A DNA stretch of 64,000 nt from Myxococcota bacterium (GCA_049322255.1 JBMORE010000162.1:1-64000), one strand, 5' to 3'. Positions 21,837 to 31,906 are shown, numbered from the stretch's first letter. Notes: a model not told the origin generated them from the sequence alone. Numbers and translations are program-made.

Positions 21837-22268
21837 TCAGGCGTCGGCGGGGGAAACGACGCGCAGGCCGGGGATGGCGGCCGCCAGCCGGCGGAACTCA
21901 CCGATGTTCGAAGTCAGCACCGCCGCTCCCAGGTCGCGGGCGGTCAGAGCAATGAGCACGTCATTGATCACCGAAAATCGATCGGACGGCTCGGAACCCA
22001 CGGCGTAAACCTCACGGAAGACCTGCCCCGCGACGGAATAGGCGCCGGGTGGGGGTGCAACGAGCCGCCGACCCGAGAAACCGCGCTCGATTTTGGCCAC
22101 GCTGTCCTTGGCCAGCTCGGTGTGCGCGCCGAGCCTCAACTCGAGCAGCGCGATCGCGGGGGCGAATCGGACGAGGCCCGGCATCCCGCCCCAAACCCAC
22201 TGCTCGAAGTGACCTGCGCGCAGATAGTCGACGAAGACGTTGGTGTCGATGACCACCTTGCCGATCAT
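21837..22268 (-). CDS. vapC: VapC/PIN toxin
   Basis: VIDTNV, ELRLG, NDVLIA, LTSNxxEF PIN acidic residues. Confidence 0.88.
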   Translation of the reverse strand: MIGKVVIDTNVFVDYLRAGHFEQWVWGGMPGLVRFAPAIALLELRLGAHTELAKDSVAKIERGFSGRRLVAPPPGAYSVAGQVFREVYAVGSEPSDRFSVINDVLIALTARDLGAAVLTSNIGEFRRLAAAIPGLRVVSPADA

Positions 22269-22471
22269 CGATATGGAAACGGGCTCGGATCGTCTTTGAG
22301 CGCGCGCGCCAGTGGCTTGAGCTCTTTACGAATTCGATCCTCCTCCATGAAGAACTCGAGCGCGCGATCGATGGCTTCTTGTTCGGAGTCGACGCCGAAG
22401 AACCTCCTGGCGAAGTCGATCTTCGTCTGATCCAACTTGAGGTGTTTGTGCCGCATGCGCTTACGAGCCAT
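22265..22471 (-). CDS. vapB: VapB-type antitoxin
   Basis: Small basic ORF overlapping vapC by 4 nt; RHH-like ARRFFGVDSEQEAIDRAL; RBS AGGAG. Confidence 0.75.
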   Translation of the reverse strand: MARKRMRHKHLKLDQTKIDFARRFFGVDSEQEAIDRALEFFMEEDRIRKELKPLARALKDDPSPFPYR

Positions 22472-22516
22472 GTACATCTCCTGTACATAAACACTATTCA
22501 CCGACCCCGCCGGCCG

Positions 22517-23287
22517 TCAAACCGCGAATTCCGCCCACACGGGGGCGTGGTCGGAGGGCTGCTTGCCCTTGCGCGCCTCGCGGTCGATGTCCGCCGCCAC
22601 CAGCTTCTCCGCCAGGGGCTGGGTGACGAACAGGTGGTCGATGCGCAAGCCCCGGTTCTTGGGGAAGGCGAGCATGCGGTAGTCCCACCAGCTGAACTTG
22701 CTCTCCTCGGGGTGGAGCGTGCGGAAGGTGTCCACCAGCCCGAAGGAGGTCACCTCGGCCAGCGCCTCGCGCTCCCGCTGAGTGAACATGGTCTGCCCTT
22801 CCCACAGCTCGGGGTCGTGGGTGTCGATCGCCGCGGGGGCGACGTTGAAGTCGCCGGTGAGCACCAACGGCTCGTCCTTCTTGTGCCTCGTCTCGAGGTA
22901 GCTGCGCAGCCTGCCGAACCACTCGAGCTTGTAGAGAAACGCCGGCGAATCCACCGCCTGGCCGTTGGGGGCGTAGAGGCACACCACCCGCACACCGCGC
23001 ACCGTGGCGGCAATCACCCGCGACTGTGGGTCTTCACGGTGGTCGGACAGCCCGCGCAAGACGTCGACCGGCTCTTCGCGCGCGAGAATGGCCACTCCGT
23101 TGTACGTCTTCTGCCCGTGCACCACCGCGCGGTAGCCGGCGGCCCCCACCTCGGCGAAGGGGAACTGGTCCTCCTGGCACTTGAGCTCTTGTAGGCACAG
23201 GACGTCGGGCTTGTTTGCCTCCAGCCAGGCGCAGAGCCGCTCGGTGCGCGCCCGAATGGAGTTGATGTTCCAGCTGGCGATCTTCAT
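22517..23287 (-). CDS. xth: Exodeoxyribonuclease III
   Basis: MKIASWNINS, LQELK, YNGVA, GDFN, WWDYR, RIDH, SDHAP. Confidence 0.95.
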   Translation of the reverse strand: MKIASWNINSIRARTERLCAWLEANKPDVLCLQELKCQEDQFPFAEVGAAGYRAVVHGQKTYNGVAILAREEPVDVLRGLSDHREDPQSRVIAATVRGVRVVCLYAPNGQAVDSPAFLYKLEWFGRLRSYLETRHKKDEPLVLTGDFNVAPAAIDTHDPELWEGQTMFTQREREALAEVTSFGLVDTFRTLHPEESKFSWWDYRMLAFPKNRGLRIDHLFVTQPLAEKLVAADIDREARKGKQPSDHAPVWAEFAV

Positions 23288-23392
23288 CGCGCCGCCTTTT
23301 TGCACACACCGCGCGGCGCAGCCAGCCGTGGGTGTGGCTGTTGGGCCGCGCCTTTCAGAGCCTTTTCCTCGTCTCTGCGAGGAGAAGCGTCG

Positions 23393-23408
23393 TGGCACGA
23401 CGCTGGCA
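23393..23408 (+). promoter_or_regulatory. Putative sigma-54 promoter of TPR lipoprotein gene
   Basis: TGGCACGACGCTGGCA has GG-N10-GC spacing and lies ~45 nt upstream of GTG 23455. Confidence 0.5.
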
Positions 23409-23454
23409 ATCGGCTCCTGTCGGGACAACACACCCACTTCTGAAAGGAGCTCCC

Positions 23455-24420
23455 GTGAACAAGCGAATCCTCTCGGCCTGCGTGACAGCGATCGCGCTGG
23501 CCGGCTGCAACGACACCAAGCCCGAAGCGAAACAGCCGACGCCCATTGTCCAGGCGATGCCGGTGGACCCCGTGGTGGAGGTCGCCTCCGCGCCCAGCGT
23601 CATCGACGCCGGCACCACCCTCACCATCGAGCCCGAGATCATCGAAGACCTCCTCGGGCTGGCCCACGAGCACCGCGGCAGTGTCGACCACCTCGGCCGC
23701 GCCAAGGAGCTGCGCACCTTGGGCGACCTCGAAGGAGCGCTCACCGAGGCCCGGCGCGCGGTGTACGACTTGCCCAGCGACGAAGAGACCCTCTCCACCA
23801 TCGCCCGTCTCGCACGCCTGGCCGGCAAGAAGGACCTCGCCGCCGAAGCCTTCGGCCGCCTGGCCCTCGTGCGTCCCGACGATGCCGTACCGCTCATTCA
23901 ACAGGCGCGCATGCTCATCGCCCAAGGTGACGTCGAGGGGGCGCTCAAGGTGGGGGTCGAAGCGGTGCTGCGCGACCCCGAGAACCCCGAAGGGCATCAA
24001 GTCGTCGGCCGCGCGCAGCTCTCGGCGGGCGATCTTTCGCCGGCCATCACCAGCTTCGAGAAGGTGGTCTCCATCGACCCCGAGCACGGCTGGGCGCTCA
24101 ACAACCTGGGCTTCGCCTACCTGCGCGCCAACGAGAACCCCAAGGCGGTCGAGGTGCTGACCAAAGCCGCCGAGCTGCTCCCCCATGTCGCCTACGTGCA
24201 CAACAACCTCGGGGTGGCGCTCGAGCGTGTCGGCCGCGTGGAGGACGCCAAGCTGGCCTACGCCAAGTCCACCAGCCTCTCGCCCAAGTACGTCAAGGCC
24301 CAGCTGAACGCGGCGCGGGTGGCCAAGGCGGTCATCCCCGGCTCGGTCGAGGAGAAGGGCACCGACGTCGGCCTGGAGGAGGAAATCGATCTCCCCGAGG
24401 TCGAGCTCTCCGGGGAGTAA
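23455..24420 (+). CDS. TPR-repeat lipoprotein
   Basis: [13 protein letters not shown] start, lipobox LAGC, multiple TPRs (WALNNLG, YVHNNLG). Confidence 0.85.
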   Translation: MNKRILSACVTAIALAGCNDTKPEAKQPTPIVQAMPVDPVVEVASAPSVIDAGTTLTIEPEIIEDLLGLAHEHRGSVDHLGRAKELRTLGDLEGALTEARRAVYDLPSDEETLSTIARLARLAGKKDLAAEAFGRLALVRPDDAVPLIQQARMLIAQGDVEGALKVGVEAVLRDPENPEGHQVVGRAQLSAGDLSPAITSFEKVVSIDPEHGWALNNLGFAYLRANENPKAVEVLTKAAELLPHVAYVHNNLGVALERVGRVEDAKLAYAKSTSLSPKYVKAQLNAARVAKAVIPGSVEEKGTDVGLEEEIDLPEVELSGE

Positions 24421-24459
24421 TGCTGTCCGACGAGCGCCTCTTTCGGCGCTCAAGCGGGA

Positions 24460-24502
24460 GCGAGTGGCCGAGCGGGTCCTTCGGCCATTCGCCTTTTTTT
24501 TT
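24460..24502 (+). terminator. Intrinsic terminator
   Basis: GCGAGTGGCCGAG / TTCGGCCATTCGC stem followed by a T9 run. Confidence 0.8.
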
Positions 24503-24513
24503 AAGGTAACGTC

Positions 24514-27027
24514 GTGCGCCAACCGATGCAGATCTTCAGATGGCTCAAGCGGCTGGCGCTCCCCGGCCTCGCCCTCTTGCTCGTCGCGGTGGTGGGCAGC
24601 GCGGCGGCCTACGTGTACTTCGAGCGCGATCTCCCCTCGGTCGAAGAGCTGCGCAACTACAAACCACCGCAGGTGACCAAGGCCTTTTGTGTCGACGGCA
24701 CGCGCTGCGCCGAGTTCTACCGGGAGCGCCGCACCTGGGTGCAGATCGAGACACTCCCCGCCCACGTCAAGAACGCCTTCCTCGCCGCCGAGGACGCCGA
24801 CTTCTACCAGCACCAGGGGCTCGACTTCCTCGGCATCGCCCGCGCGGCCTTGAGGAGCCTCTTGCCCGGCAACCGCATCACCGGGGCATCGACCATCTCC
24901 CAGCAGGCGTGCCGCAACCTGCTTTTGTCGCAAGAGCGCACGCTGTCCCGAAAGATCCGCGAGTGGATTCTCACTCCCCGCATGGAGAAGGCCCTCACCA
25001 AGGACCAGATTCTCAACCTGTACATGAACTTCGTGTACTTCGGGCACGGGCGCTACGGCATCGAGGAAGCGGCGGTCTTCTACTTCGGCAAGCACGCCAA
25101 GGAGCTGACCCTGGGCGAGGCCGCGGTGCTCGCGGGCACCGTGCAGTCACCTCACCGCATCAACCCGGTCAGCAACATCGTGCGCACCAAGGCCCGGCAG
25201 CGCTACGTGCTCGCCCAGCTCGCCGAGCACGGCTTTGCGCCCCGGTCGGCCACCGACGCGGAGATGGAAAAACCGATCGTCCTCGGCCCGCGCCCGCCCC
25301 CGTCGGTGGGCGCCTACTACGCCGAAGAAGTGCGCAAGACTTTGGTGGCGCGCTACGGAGAACAGGCGGTGCTCGAGGGCGGCATGACGGTGGAGATCGC
25401 CATGCACCCCAAACTGCAGGCGCTCGCCGAAAAGGCCGTGCGCGCAGGGCTGGAGGCGGTGGATCGGCGCCAGGGCTACCGCGGCCCGCTCGGCAGCCTC
25501 GACCCGCTGCGCTTCGCCACCTTGCGGCCGCTCATCTCCCAGCGCATCGAGGAGACGGGCAAGCGAACACCCCAGGAGTCGTTCATCGCCGACTTGACGC
25601 CGCTTTCCGCGCCGCAGCCGGCCGAGCCCGTGGGAACGGAAGAGGAGCGCTCCGACGACGGCGAAGCTCCCCCAAGCCTCGACGAGCAGCTCGCCGGGCG
25701 GGTGAGCCTTGCACCAGCCTCCGAAGGGCTGCGGGTGGCCGGCTGGGTGGAGCAGGTCGACGATGCGAAAAAATTCGCCGCCGTCGACTTGGTCGGACGC
25801 AAGGCGACGGTGAGCTTCGCTTCGGTTTCCTGGGCCCGGCCGCGCAAAGACGGCCGCGTCGGGGTGGCGCCCACCAAGATGTCGCAGGTGATGCGGCCGG
25901 GAGAGCTCGTCCTTCTACGCATTACCCAGGTCACCCCCGCACCGGCGCCGCTGGAGGCGACGCTCGACCAGCTCCCCGCCGTGCAAGGAGCGCTCTTGGC
26001 CATCAACCCCGCCACCCGGCACGTGGCGGCGATGGTGGGCGGCTACGACTTCGAGCGCTCGGCGTTCAACCGCGCCACCCAGGCCAAGCGCCAGCCGGGC
26101 TCGTCGTTCAAGCCCTTTCTCTACGGCGCTGCGCTGGCGAGCAAGACGTACACCTCTCTCACCGTGGTCAACGATGCGCCCTTCATGGTGCGCGACCCGT
26201 GGACCGGCAAGTCGTGGGCGCCGAAGAACTACGACGGCTTCTTCGAGGGCCCGATGAGCTTGCGCACCGCCCTCACCAAGTCGAAGAACACCGTCTCGGT
26301 GCGTCTCATCGAGGCGCTCACCCCCGACCCGGTGATCGACCTCGCGCGGCGGGCGGGAGTGACCTCGACGCTCCCACAAAACCTCACCCTCGCGCTGGGA
26401 ACCGGGGAGGTCACCCTGCTGGAGATGGCCAACGCCTACGCCACTCTGGAAGCCTTGGGACGGTACGCCGAGCCGATCCAGATCCTGAAGGTGATGGATG
26501 CCAAGGGCACCGTGCTCGAGGAGCGCACCGCGGCCTTCGAAGAGGTGGTGGACCCGGCGGTGGCTTACCTCGTCACCTCATTGATGGTGAGCGTGGTGGA
26601 GGACGGCACCGCCGCCCGGGTCAAAGAGCTCAACCGGCCGGCGGCGGGCAAGACCGGCACCGCGCAGGAGTACCGCGACGCTTGGTTCACCGGCTACACC
26701 GCCGACTTGGTCGCCAGCGCCTGGGTGGGCTTCGATAACCACGACCCACTGGGTCCCGGTGAGGCGGGCGGACGAGCGGCGCTGCCCATCTGGCTCTCCT
26801 TCATGGCCGGGGCGCACGACGAGCTGCCTGCGCGTGACTTCGAGCCACCTCCGGGAGTGACCTTCGCGCGCATCGACCCGGCCACCGGGCTGCTCGCCGG
26901 CAACGCGGTGCCCGGTCGGCTGGAGCCGTTCTTGGAAGGCACCGCCCCCACCACCGAGGCCCCGCCGCCCAATCAGGTACAACCCGGCGACTTCTTTCTT
27001 CACGACGGGAGGCGCGGGGGGTTTTGA
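24514..27027 (+). CDS. mrcA: Penicillin-binding protein 1A (class A PBP)
   Basis: TM anchor; GT motifs EDADFYQHQG, GASTISQQ, RKIRE; TP motifs SSFK, SKN, KTG. Confidence 0.93.
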   Translation: MRQPMQIFRWLKRLALPGLALLLVAVVGSAAAYVYFERDLPSVEELRNYKPPQVTKAFCVDGTRCAEFYRERRTWVQIETLPAHVKNAFLAAEDADFYQHQGLDFLGIARAALRSLLPGNRITGASTISQQACRNLLLSQERTLSRKIREWILTPRMEKALTKDQILNLYMNFVYFGHGRYGIEEAAVFYFGKHAKELTLGEAAVLAGTVQSPHRINPVSNIVRTKARQRYVLAQLAEHGFAPRSATDAEMEKPIVLGPRPPPSVGAYYAEEVRKTLVARYGEQAVLEGGMTVEIAMHPKLQALAEKAVRAGLEAVDRRQGYRGPLGSLDPLRFATLRPLISQRIEETGKRTPQESFIADLTPLSAPQPAEPVGTEEERSDDGEAPPSLDEQLAGRVSLAPASEGLRVAGWVEQVDDAKKFAAVDLVGRKATVSFASVSWARPRKDGRVGVAPTKMSQVMRPGELVLLRITQVTPAPAPLEATLDQLPAVQGALLAINPATRHVAAMVGGYDFERSAFNRATQAKRQPGSSFKPFLYGAALASKTYTSLTVVNDAPFMVRDPWTGKSWAPKNYDGFFEGPMSLRTALTKSKNTVSVRLIEALTPDPVIDLARRAGVTSTLPQNLTLALGTGEVTLLEMANAYATLEALGRYAEPIQILKVMDAKGTVLEERTAAFEEVVDPAVAYLVTSLMVSVVEDGTAARVKELNRPAAGKTGTAQEYRDAWFTGYTADLVASAWVGFDNHDPLGPGEAGGRAALPIWLSFMAGAHDELPARDFEPPPGVTFARIDPATGLLAGNAVPGRLEPFLEGTAPTTEAPPPNQVQPGDFFLHDGRRGGF

Positions 27028-28439
27028 TGTTGCCCGTCCTCTTCTCATTTTTCGTTGCAGGAGCTCCCCTCTTCCTTTGGAAGAGGGAAAGGGTGAGGGA
27101 ACCAGTAGCTCTGCTTGCGAGCTCTCGCCCCTCACCCCCGCCCTCTCCCAAAGGGAGAGGGAGCACGGCGCTCGACGAGCTGGCGAAGGAAGTCGCCAAC
27201 CAGGTCGCTGCCTCGGCGCAGCCTCCGGTGGCGGTCTACGTTCACTCCCCGGCGCCAAAGCTGGCGCGCGGCTTCACGACCTTGCTGGTCGCCGAGCTCT
27301 CGGCCCAAAAGCTCGCAGGCATGGCCATCGACGGCGGCGAAGCTCCCGAGGCCGCGGCACGACGCGTGGGCGCGCGTTCTTTGGTGCGGCTCGACCTCTC
27401 CCTCGAAGAAGGCACCTTGGCCGCGCGTGGCGACCTCCTTGGCACCTGGGTCAACTTCTGGTCGGGCGCAGCGCCCACGCGCCCCGCTCAGCCGGCCGCG
27501 GCGCTTGCCGCCTCCACCCAAGCCGACGCCCATGCGCTCGTCCTCGCTACGGTGTCCCTTGCAACCACTTCCACCGATGCCTCCACCGCCTTACGCCTGA
27601 TTGGAGCCTCCTTCGCTCGCCTGAACGCTCCTTCCGCCGCGCTTGCAGCGGGAGATCTCGACGGTGACGGAAAAGAGGAGATCGCTGCCCTCACCGACGA
27701 GGAGGTGCTGCTCTTCTCCTCGGACGGCAGGCTGCTCGCGCGCCACGAGCACCGAACACTCCCGCCCTCCGAGGCACCCTGCCGCGAGCCATTCGGCGCC
27801 ATCGCCGTCACCCGCTCTCCCGCGCGGGTGGCGTACTTCTCCTCGCGCCGAGCGAGGGGGGAGCTGCTCGCGTGGGAGAAAGGCTCGTTGCGCGCGATCG
27901 CGCCGCTCACCGAGGCACCGGTCGCGCAGCTCGCCGAGGGTACGGTGTGGGGGCAAATGCTCCCCGGGCTCAACTCCTTTGCGGCGGAGCTCACCTGGCC
28001 CGGCAAGGGCAACCTCCAGGCTGAGGCCCCAGTGCAGGCGCTCTCGACGCAGGGGGAATGGGTGCTCGCCATCCAACCTGATGGAACCGCGCCGCTGGGC
28101 CGTGGTCCTACTCATCTAGCCACCCGCATCGGTGACGTACCGGTGGGAAGCGCACTGGTCGACGTGGATGGCGACGGGCTACCCGAGCTCGTGCTGAGCG
28201 CTGAGCCTCATACGCCGGAGAAAGAGACGCTGCGCATCTTCTCCCTCAAGTTCTCCCTCAAGGGAGAGAGGGACCCTTCCGGAAACGCTTTGCTCTGGGA
28301 GGGCCCGGTGCCCCGAGGACGGGTGCTTCAGATTGTCGCGGCCGACATCGACGGCGACAAACGGGCGGAGCTGATCCTCGGCACCTGGCTTGCCGACGGC
28401 ACAGGAGAGCTCCATCTGTTCAGGAGGATTTCTCCATGA
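27027..28439 (+). CDS. Exported FG-GAP/VCBS repeat protein
   Basis: TGATG overlap with pbp1A; DLDGDGKEE, DVDGDGLPE, DIDGDKRAE repeats. Confidence 0.75.
   Translation: MLPVLFSFFVAGAPLFLWKRERVREPVALLASSRPSPPPSPKGRGSTALDELAKEVANQVAASAQPPVAVYVHSPAPKLARGFTTLLVAELSAQKLAGMAIDGGEAPEAAARRVGARSLVRLDLSLEEGTLAARGDLLGTWVNFWSGAAPTRPAQPAAALAASTQADAHALVLATVSLATTSTDASTALRLIGASFARLNAPSAALAAGDLDGDGKEEIAALTDEEVLLFSSDGRLLARHEHRTLPPSEAPCREPFGAIAVTRSPARVAYFSSRRARGELLAWEKGSLRAIAPLTEAPVAQLAEGTVWGQMLPGLNSFAAELTWPGKGNLQAEAPVQALSTQGEWVLAIQPDGTAPLGRGPTHLATRIGDVPVGSALVDVDGDGLPELVLSAEPHTPEKETLRIFSLKFSLKGERDPSGNALLWEGPVPRGRVLQIVAADIDGDKRAELILGTWLADGTGELHLFRRISP
27063..27164. repeat. Palindromic repeat, copy A (inverted dimer) inside CDS
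   Basis: CCCTCTTCCTTTGGAAGAGGGAAAGGGTGAGGG (27067-27099) and CCCTCACCCCCGCCCTCTCCCAAAGGGAGAGGG (27129-27161) are inverted arms. Confidence 0.85.
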
Positions 28440-29911
28440 GCGCGCTTTCGTCCCTCTCCCAAAGGGAGAGGGCAAGGGTGAGGGACCCCGAATTCCGCGA
28501 GCTGACGCCCCTCACCCCAACCCTCTCCCAAAGGGAGAGGGGGCGGGGGTTTCTCCTCCTCACGGTCGCGCTGGTCGTCGGCGCTCAGAGCGCCCACGCC
28601 GCTTCGCGGGCGCGCTTCGGCGGAACGATCAAGGTCGCGGTGGCCGGCAAGCAGACCGAGAAGGATCCTCTCTTCGCCGACACACCCCTCGAGGCGACGA
28701 TGAACGGCTTGGTGGCGCAGAGCTTGTGCCGTGCCGAGCCCCACGGTTTTCGTGAGCAACTCGCCCGATTCTCTCGCCTGTCGGCAACCCAGCTGCGCAT
28801 CACCGTCGCCGGCAGGCTGCGCAATGACATCGGCAGCAGCCTGATGCACGTCATCTCGGCGGGTCAGCCTTCCCCCTACAACGCGCTTCTTTTCCCGTTG
28901 CGACGCCCGGGAGACATCTCCACCGTTTCCGACGACTCGCTCGATCTCCACCTCGCCTTCCCCTGGCCTGATCTCGAGCGCTCCCTGTGCCATCCCACGC
29001 TGGCCATCCTCGACGAGAACCGCCGGGTCCGCGGCCATCACCTCGGCGACGGACCCTTCGTTCACACCACGAGTGGCGGCGACTACCTGGCCAATGCACG
29101 GTTCCCCCGCGGCCGTCCCTTCGCGGACACGCTCCGGGTCACCTTCACCGACGAGCGCGGTGCCTCGCGGCTGCTCACGCTCGACCAAGCCCACGTGGTG
29201 CTCGGTGCGACCGGCGAACGCTCCGTTCCCACCGGGCCCGCGCTCTACGCCACCTATCTCGCCTTTCGCCACGAGAAGGTCGGCCCTGCTTTTCGTGACG
29301 CGGTGGAGTCGACCATCGACCGCGCCGACCTCACCCGCTATTTTGTCCGTGCCCCTGCGGTTCCGATGCTCCGGCTGCTCCCTCCCGCGCTGATGCCTCA
29401 GGAGCCGCTCACCCGGGCTGTTCCTCGCCCCCCGCCGGGGGCCTTGCGTGAGGTGACGCTGCTGTTCGACCAGTCCGCCAGCGACCAGCGCGCGGTGGCC
29501 GAACGCCTTCAGGTCAAGCTCCATGACCGCGGCTTCAAAGTGGCGCTCCGGGCGCTTTCCCGGCGCGAGCTGCGCGCACGCTGGAGCAAGGGCGATTTCG
29601 ACCTAATGCTTCACTCGCTCTTGTTGCCACCAGCGCCTGCGCCCGCACTTGCCATCGTCCTCGACGCCGCGGGCAGAAAAGACCTGCTCCCCATTCACCT
29701 ACCGACTCTGGGGGCCATTCCCGAAACCGCTGTCCGCGACGAACGCGCCCTCGCCCTCGCCCAAGAACTGCTCCCCAAGCTGGAGTTGGTTCCGCTCTAC
29801 GCCCAGGGCCTCCCGGTGGCGGTCAGCCCCAAGCTGCAAGGGCTGACATTCGACGCGCAGGGCCTGCCGATGCTGGATGACGCCTTTCTCGTCGAGAGTG
29901 AAACTCCCTGA
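28436..29911 (+). CDS. Peptide-ABC (SBP family 5-like) substrate-binding protein
   Basis: Signal peptide then RARFGGTIKVA; GDGPF; GRPFADTL; ATGA overlap with upstream gene. Confidence 0.7.
   Translation: MSALSSLSQRERARVRDPEFRELTPLTPTLSQRERGRGFLLLTVALVVGAQSAHAASRARFGGTIKVAVAGKQTEKDPLFADTPLEATMNGLVAQSLCRAEPHGFREQLARFSRLSATQLRITVAGRLRNDIGSSLMHVISAGQPSPYNALLFPLRRPGDISTVSDDSLDLHLAFPWPDLERSLCHPTLAILDENRRVRGHHLGDGPFVHTTSGGDYLANARFPRGRPFADTLRVTFTDERGASRLLTLDQAHVVLGATGERSVPTGPALYATYLAFRHEKVGPAFRDAVESTIDRADLTRYFVRAPAVPMLRLLPPALMPQEPLTRAVPRPPPGALREVTLLFDQSASDQRAVAERLQVKLHDRGFKVALRALSRRELRARWSKGDFDLMLHSLLLPPAPAPALAIVLDAAGRKDLLPIHLPTLGAIPETAVRDERALALAQELLPKLELVPLYAQGLPVAVSPKLQGLTFDAQGLPMLDDAFLVESETP
28452..28541. 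repeat. Palindromic repeat, copy B (inverted dimer) inside CDS
   Basis: CCCTCTCCCAAAGGGAGAGGGCAAGGGTGAGGG (28452-28484) and CCCTCACCCCAACCCTCTCCCAAAGGGAGAGGG (28509-28541). Confidence 0.85.
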
Positions 29912-31569
29912 TGCGCCTTCGCACCACCCTCGCGCTCGCCTTCGTCGCCCTCTCGGTGCTCCAAGTCGCCGCGGTGGCGCCCTTCGCGCTGAAGAACCTC
30001 TCCTCGCTCCTCTTGCGCCAGCAGGACACACGCATCGAGGGAGTGATGAGCTCGGTGCAGGCGGCTCTGCAGCGGACCTCCGCCGACGCCCGCCGCGCGA
30101 TGGACGAGCTGGCGAGCAGCGAGGCCTTGGAAAAGGTCGCCCGCGATCTCCGCAAAGACCCGCCACCACCCCACCTTGCCTCCGTCGCCGAGTCGTTGAT
30201 GCGCCCGCGAGGGCTGTCGGTGCTTTCCCTCTTCGACGAACAAGGCCGCACCCTCTCTTCTGGACACCTGCCCGCGCGGTTGGGCGACCCCGACGAGCAG
30301 CTCTTCTCCACCACCTCGGCCGGAGGCGACTTGGTGCCGGTGATGGTCGAGCTGCGAAACGCCGCAGGCCTTCGTCGCGCGCCCGCCCTGGTCTCCGCGC
30401 GCGCGGTGGAGTACGGCGACAAGAAGGTGTGGGCGGTGGGCGGGGTCCTCCTCGACGAGGCGCTGGCCCACTTCGTCTCCAACCTCGCCGGGGCGCGGGT
30501 GGAGGTTTGGGCCGAGGGCGCCGCGCTCGCCACCGCGGGCCAGGCACAGGCGCCCACTGTCGAACGGGTGGTGCCCTTCCCGCCTACGGCCGAGCTGAAG
30601 CTGGCTTTCTCCCGTGCCGACCTCTTCGCCGCCCAAGCCCAGATGCTACGCGCCTTCGCCCTCCTCTTCGGCATCGGCCTGGCGCTGGCCGTTCTCGGAG
30701 GCCTCTTCGTCGCCCGCCGTGTCACTCGCCCGGTGGAGTCACTGACGGCCGCTGCTTCCAAGATCGCCGCCGGCGCGCTCGACACCAAGGTGGAGGAGAA
30801 GGCCTCGGGCGAAATCGGCGAGCTCGTCCGCACCTTCAACCGTATGACGTCGGACTTGAAGGCGACCACCGAGCAGCTGGTGGCCTCGGAGCGGGTCGCC
30901 GCCTGGCAGGAGGTCGCCCGCCGCCTTGCCCACGAGCTGAAAAACCCCCTCACCCCGATTCGCATGTCCCTGGAGACGTTGCTCGCCGCCACCGATGCGA
31001 ACAGCCCTCGCTTCCAAGCGCTCTTCAAAGAAAGCGCGGGCGCGATGCTCGAGGAGGTCGAACGCTTGCGGCGCATCGTCGACGAGTTCAGCCGCTTCGC
31101 CCGGCTCCCCAAGCCGCAGTTGGCCGAGCTGGACTTGGGCGAGCTCGCCGCGCAGGTGCTCTCGCTGTTCACCTCCCCGCCCGAGGGCGTGCAGCTCTCC
31201 CAGACGCTCCAACCCAACGTCGTCGTTTCCGCCGACCGCGACCAGCTCACCCAGGTTCTGCTCAACCTCATCAAGAACGCCGGCGAGGCGATGCCGAGAG
31301 GGGGCCGCATCGAGGTGCGGGTGAAGGCCGCAGGCGAGGAGGCGGTGCTCGAGGTCGAAGACACTGGCCCGGGCGTCAAGCCCGAGGACCGCGCGCGCCT
31401 GTTCGAGCCCTACTTCACCACCAAGGAGGGCGGCACCGGCCTAGGGCTGGCCATCGCCGCCCGCATCTGCCAGGAGCACCGCGGCCGCCTGGAGGTCGGC
31501 GGCGAGGTCGGCAAGGGCGCCGTCTTCTCGGTGGTGCTCCCCCGTCGCGCCTCAGCAAGGCGGGACTGA
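29911..31569 (+). CDS. crdS: NtrY-like HAMP sensor histidine kinase (CrdS-like)
   Basis: 2 TM + HAMP; H box AHELKNPLTPI; NLIKNA, DTGPG, FEPYFTTK, GTGLGL; last gene of the pbp1A operon, as recalled for crdS. Confidence 0.8.
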   Translation: MRLRTTLALAFVALSVLQVAAVAPFALKNLSSLLLRQQDTRIEGVMSSVQAALQRTSADARRAMDELASSEALEKVARDLRKDPPPPHLASVAESLMRPRGLSVLSLFDEQGRTLSSGHLPARLGDPDEQLFSTTSAGGDLVPVMVELRNAAGLRRAPALVSARAVEYGDKKVWAVGGVLLDEALAHFVSNLAGARVEVWAEGAALATAGQAQAPTVERVVPFPPTAELKLAFSRADLFAAQAQMLRAFALLFGIGLALAVLGGLFVARRVTRPVESLTAAASKIAAGALDTKVEEKASGEIGELVRTFNRMTSDLKATTEQLVASERVAAWQEVARRLAHELKNPLTPIRMSLETLLAATDANSPRFQALFKESAGAMLEEVERLRRIVDEFSRFARLPKPQLAELDLGELAAQVLSLFTSPPEGVQLSQTLQPNVVVSADRDQLTQVLLNLIKNAGEAMPRGGRIEVRVKAAGEEAVLEVEDTGPGVKPEDRARLFEPYFTTKEGGTGLGLAIAARICQEHRGRLEVGGEVGKGAVFSVVLPRRASARRD

Positions 31570-31834
31570 TCAAGTTGAGGCTGTCTCGGTTCCGGCGGCA
31601 GGAGCTTGTAAGGTCGCAAGCTCCCGCGAAAATGACATCCCCGACGTACTCCAGGTCGTCCGGTAGGCCTCAGCCTGATACGCGAGTTTTCCGTTCTTCA
31701 TGAACATTGGTCTTTCGACGTAGCGAAGCCACCTGCCACGAGGGCGAAGAACTGCAGTACCGCTACCACGTAACCGAATGCGCCCACTTCAAGGCCACCG
31801 TCGGGACCACTCAGACGATACCCACGGCATCGAT

Positions 31835-31859
31835 CAAGGCCGGCCCATCGCCGGCCTTG
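31835..31859. terminator. GC-rich hairpin upstream of vapBC
   Basis: CAAGGCCGGC-CCATC-GCCGGCCTTG perfect 10-bp stem; no clear U tract. Confidence 0.4.
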
Positions 31860-31906
31860 TCGTGCCGTATATCAAGTGGTATCTCTCATCCAACTGGAGG
31901 TCGTCG

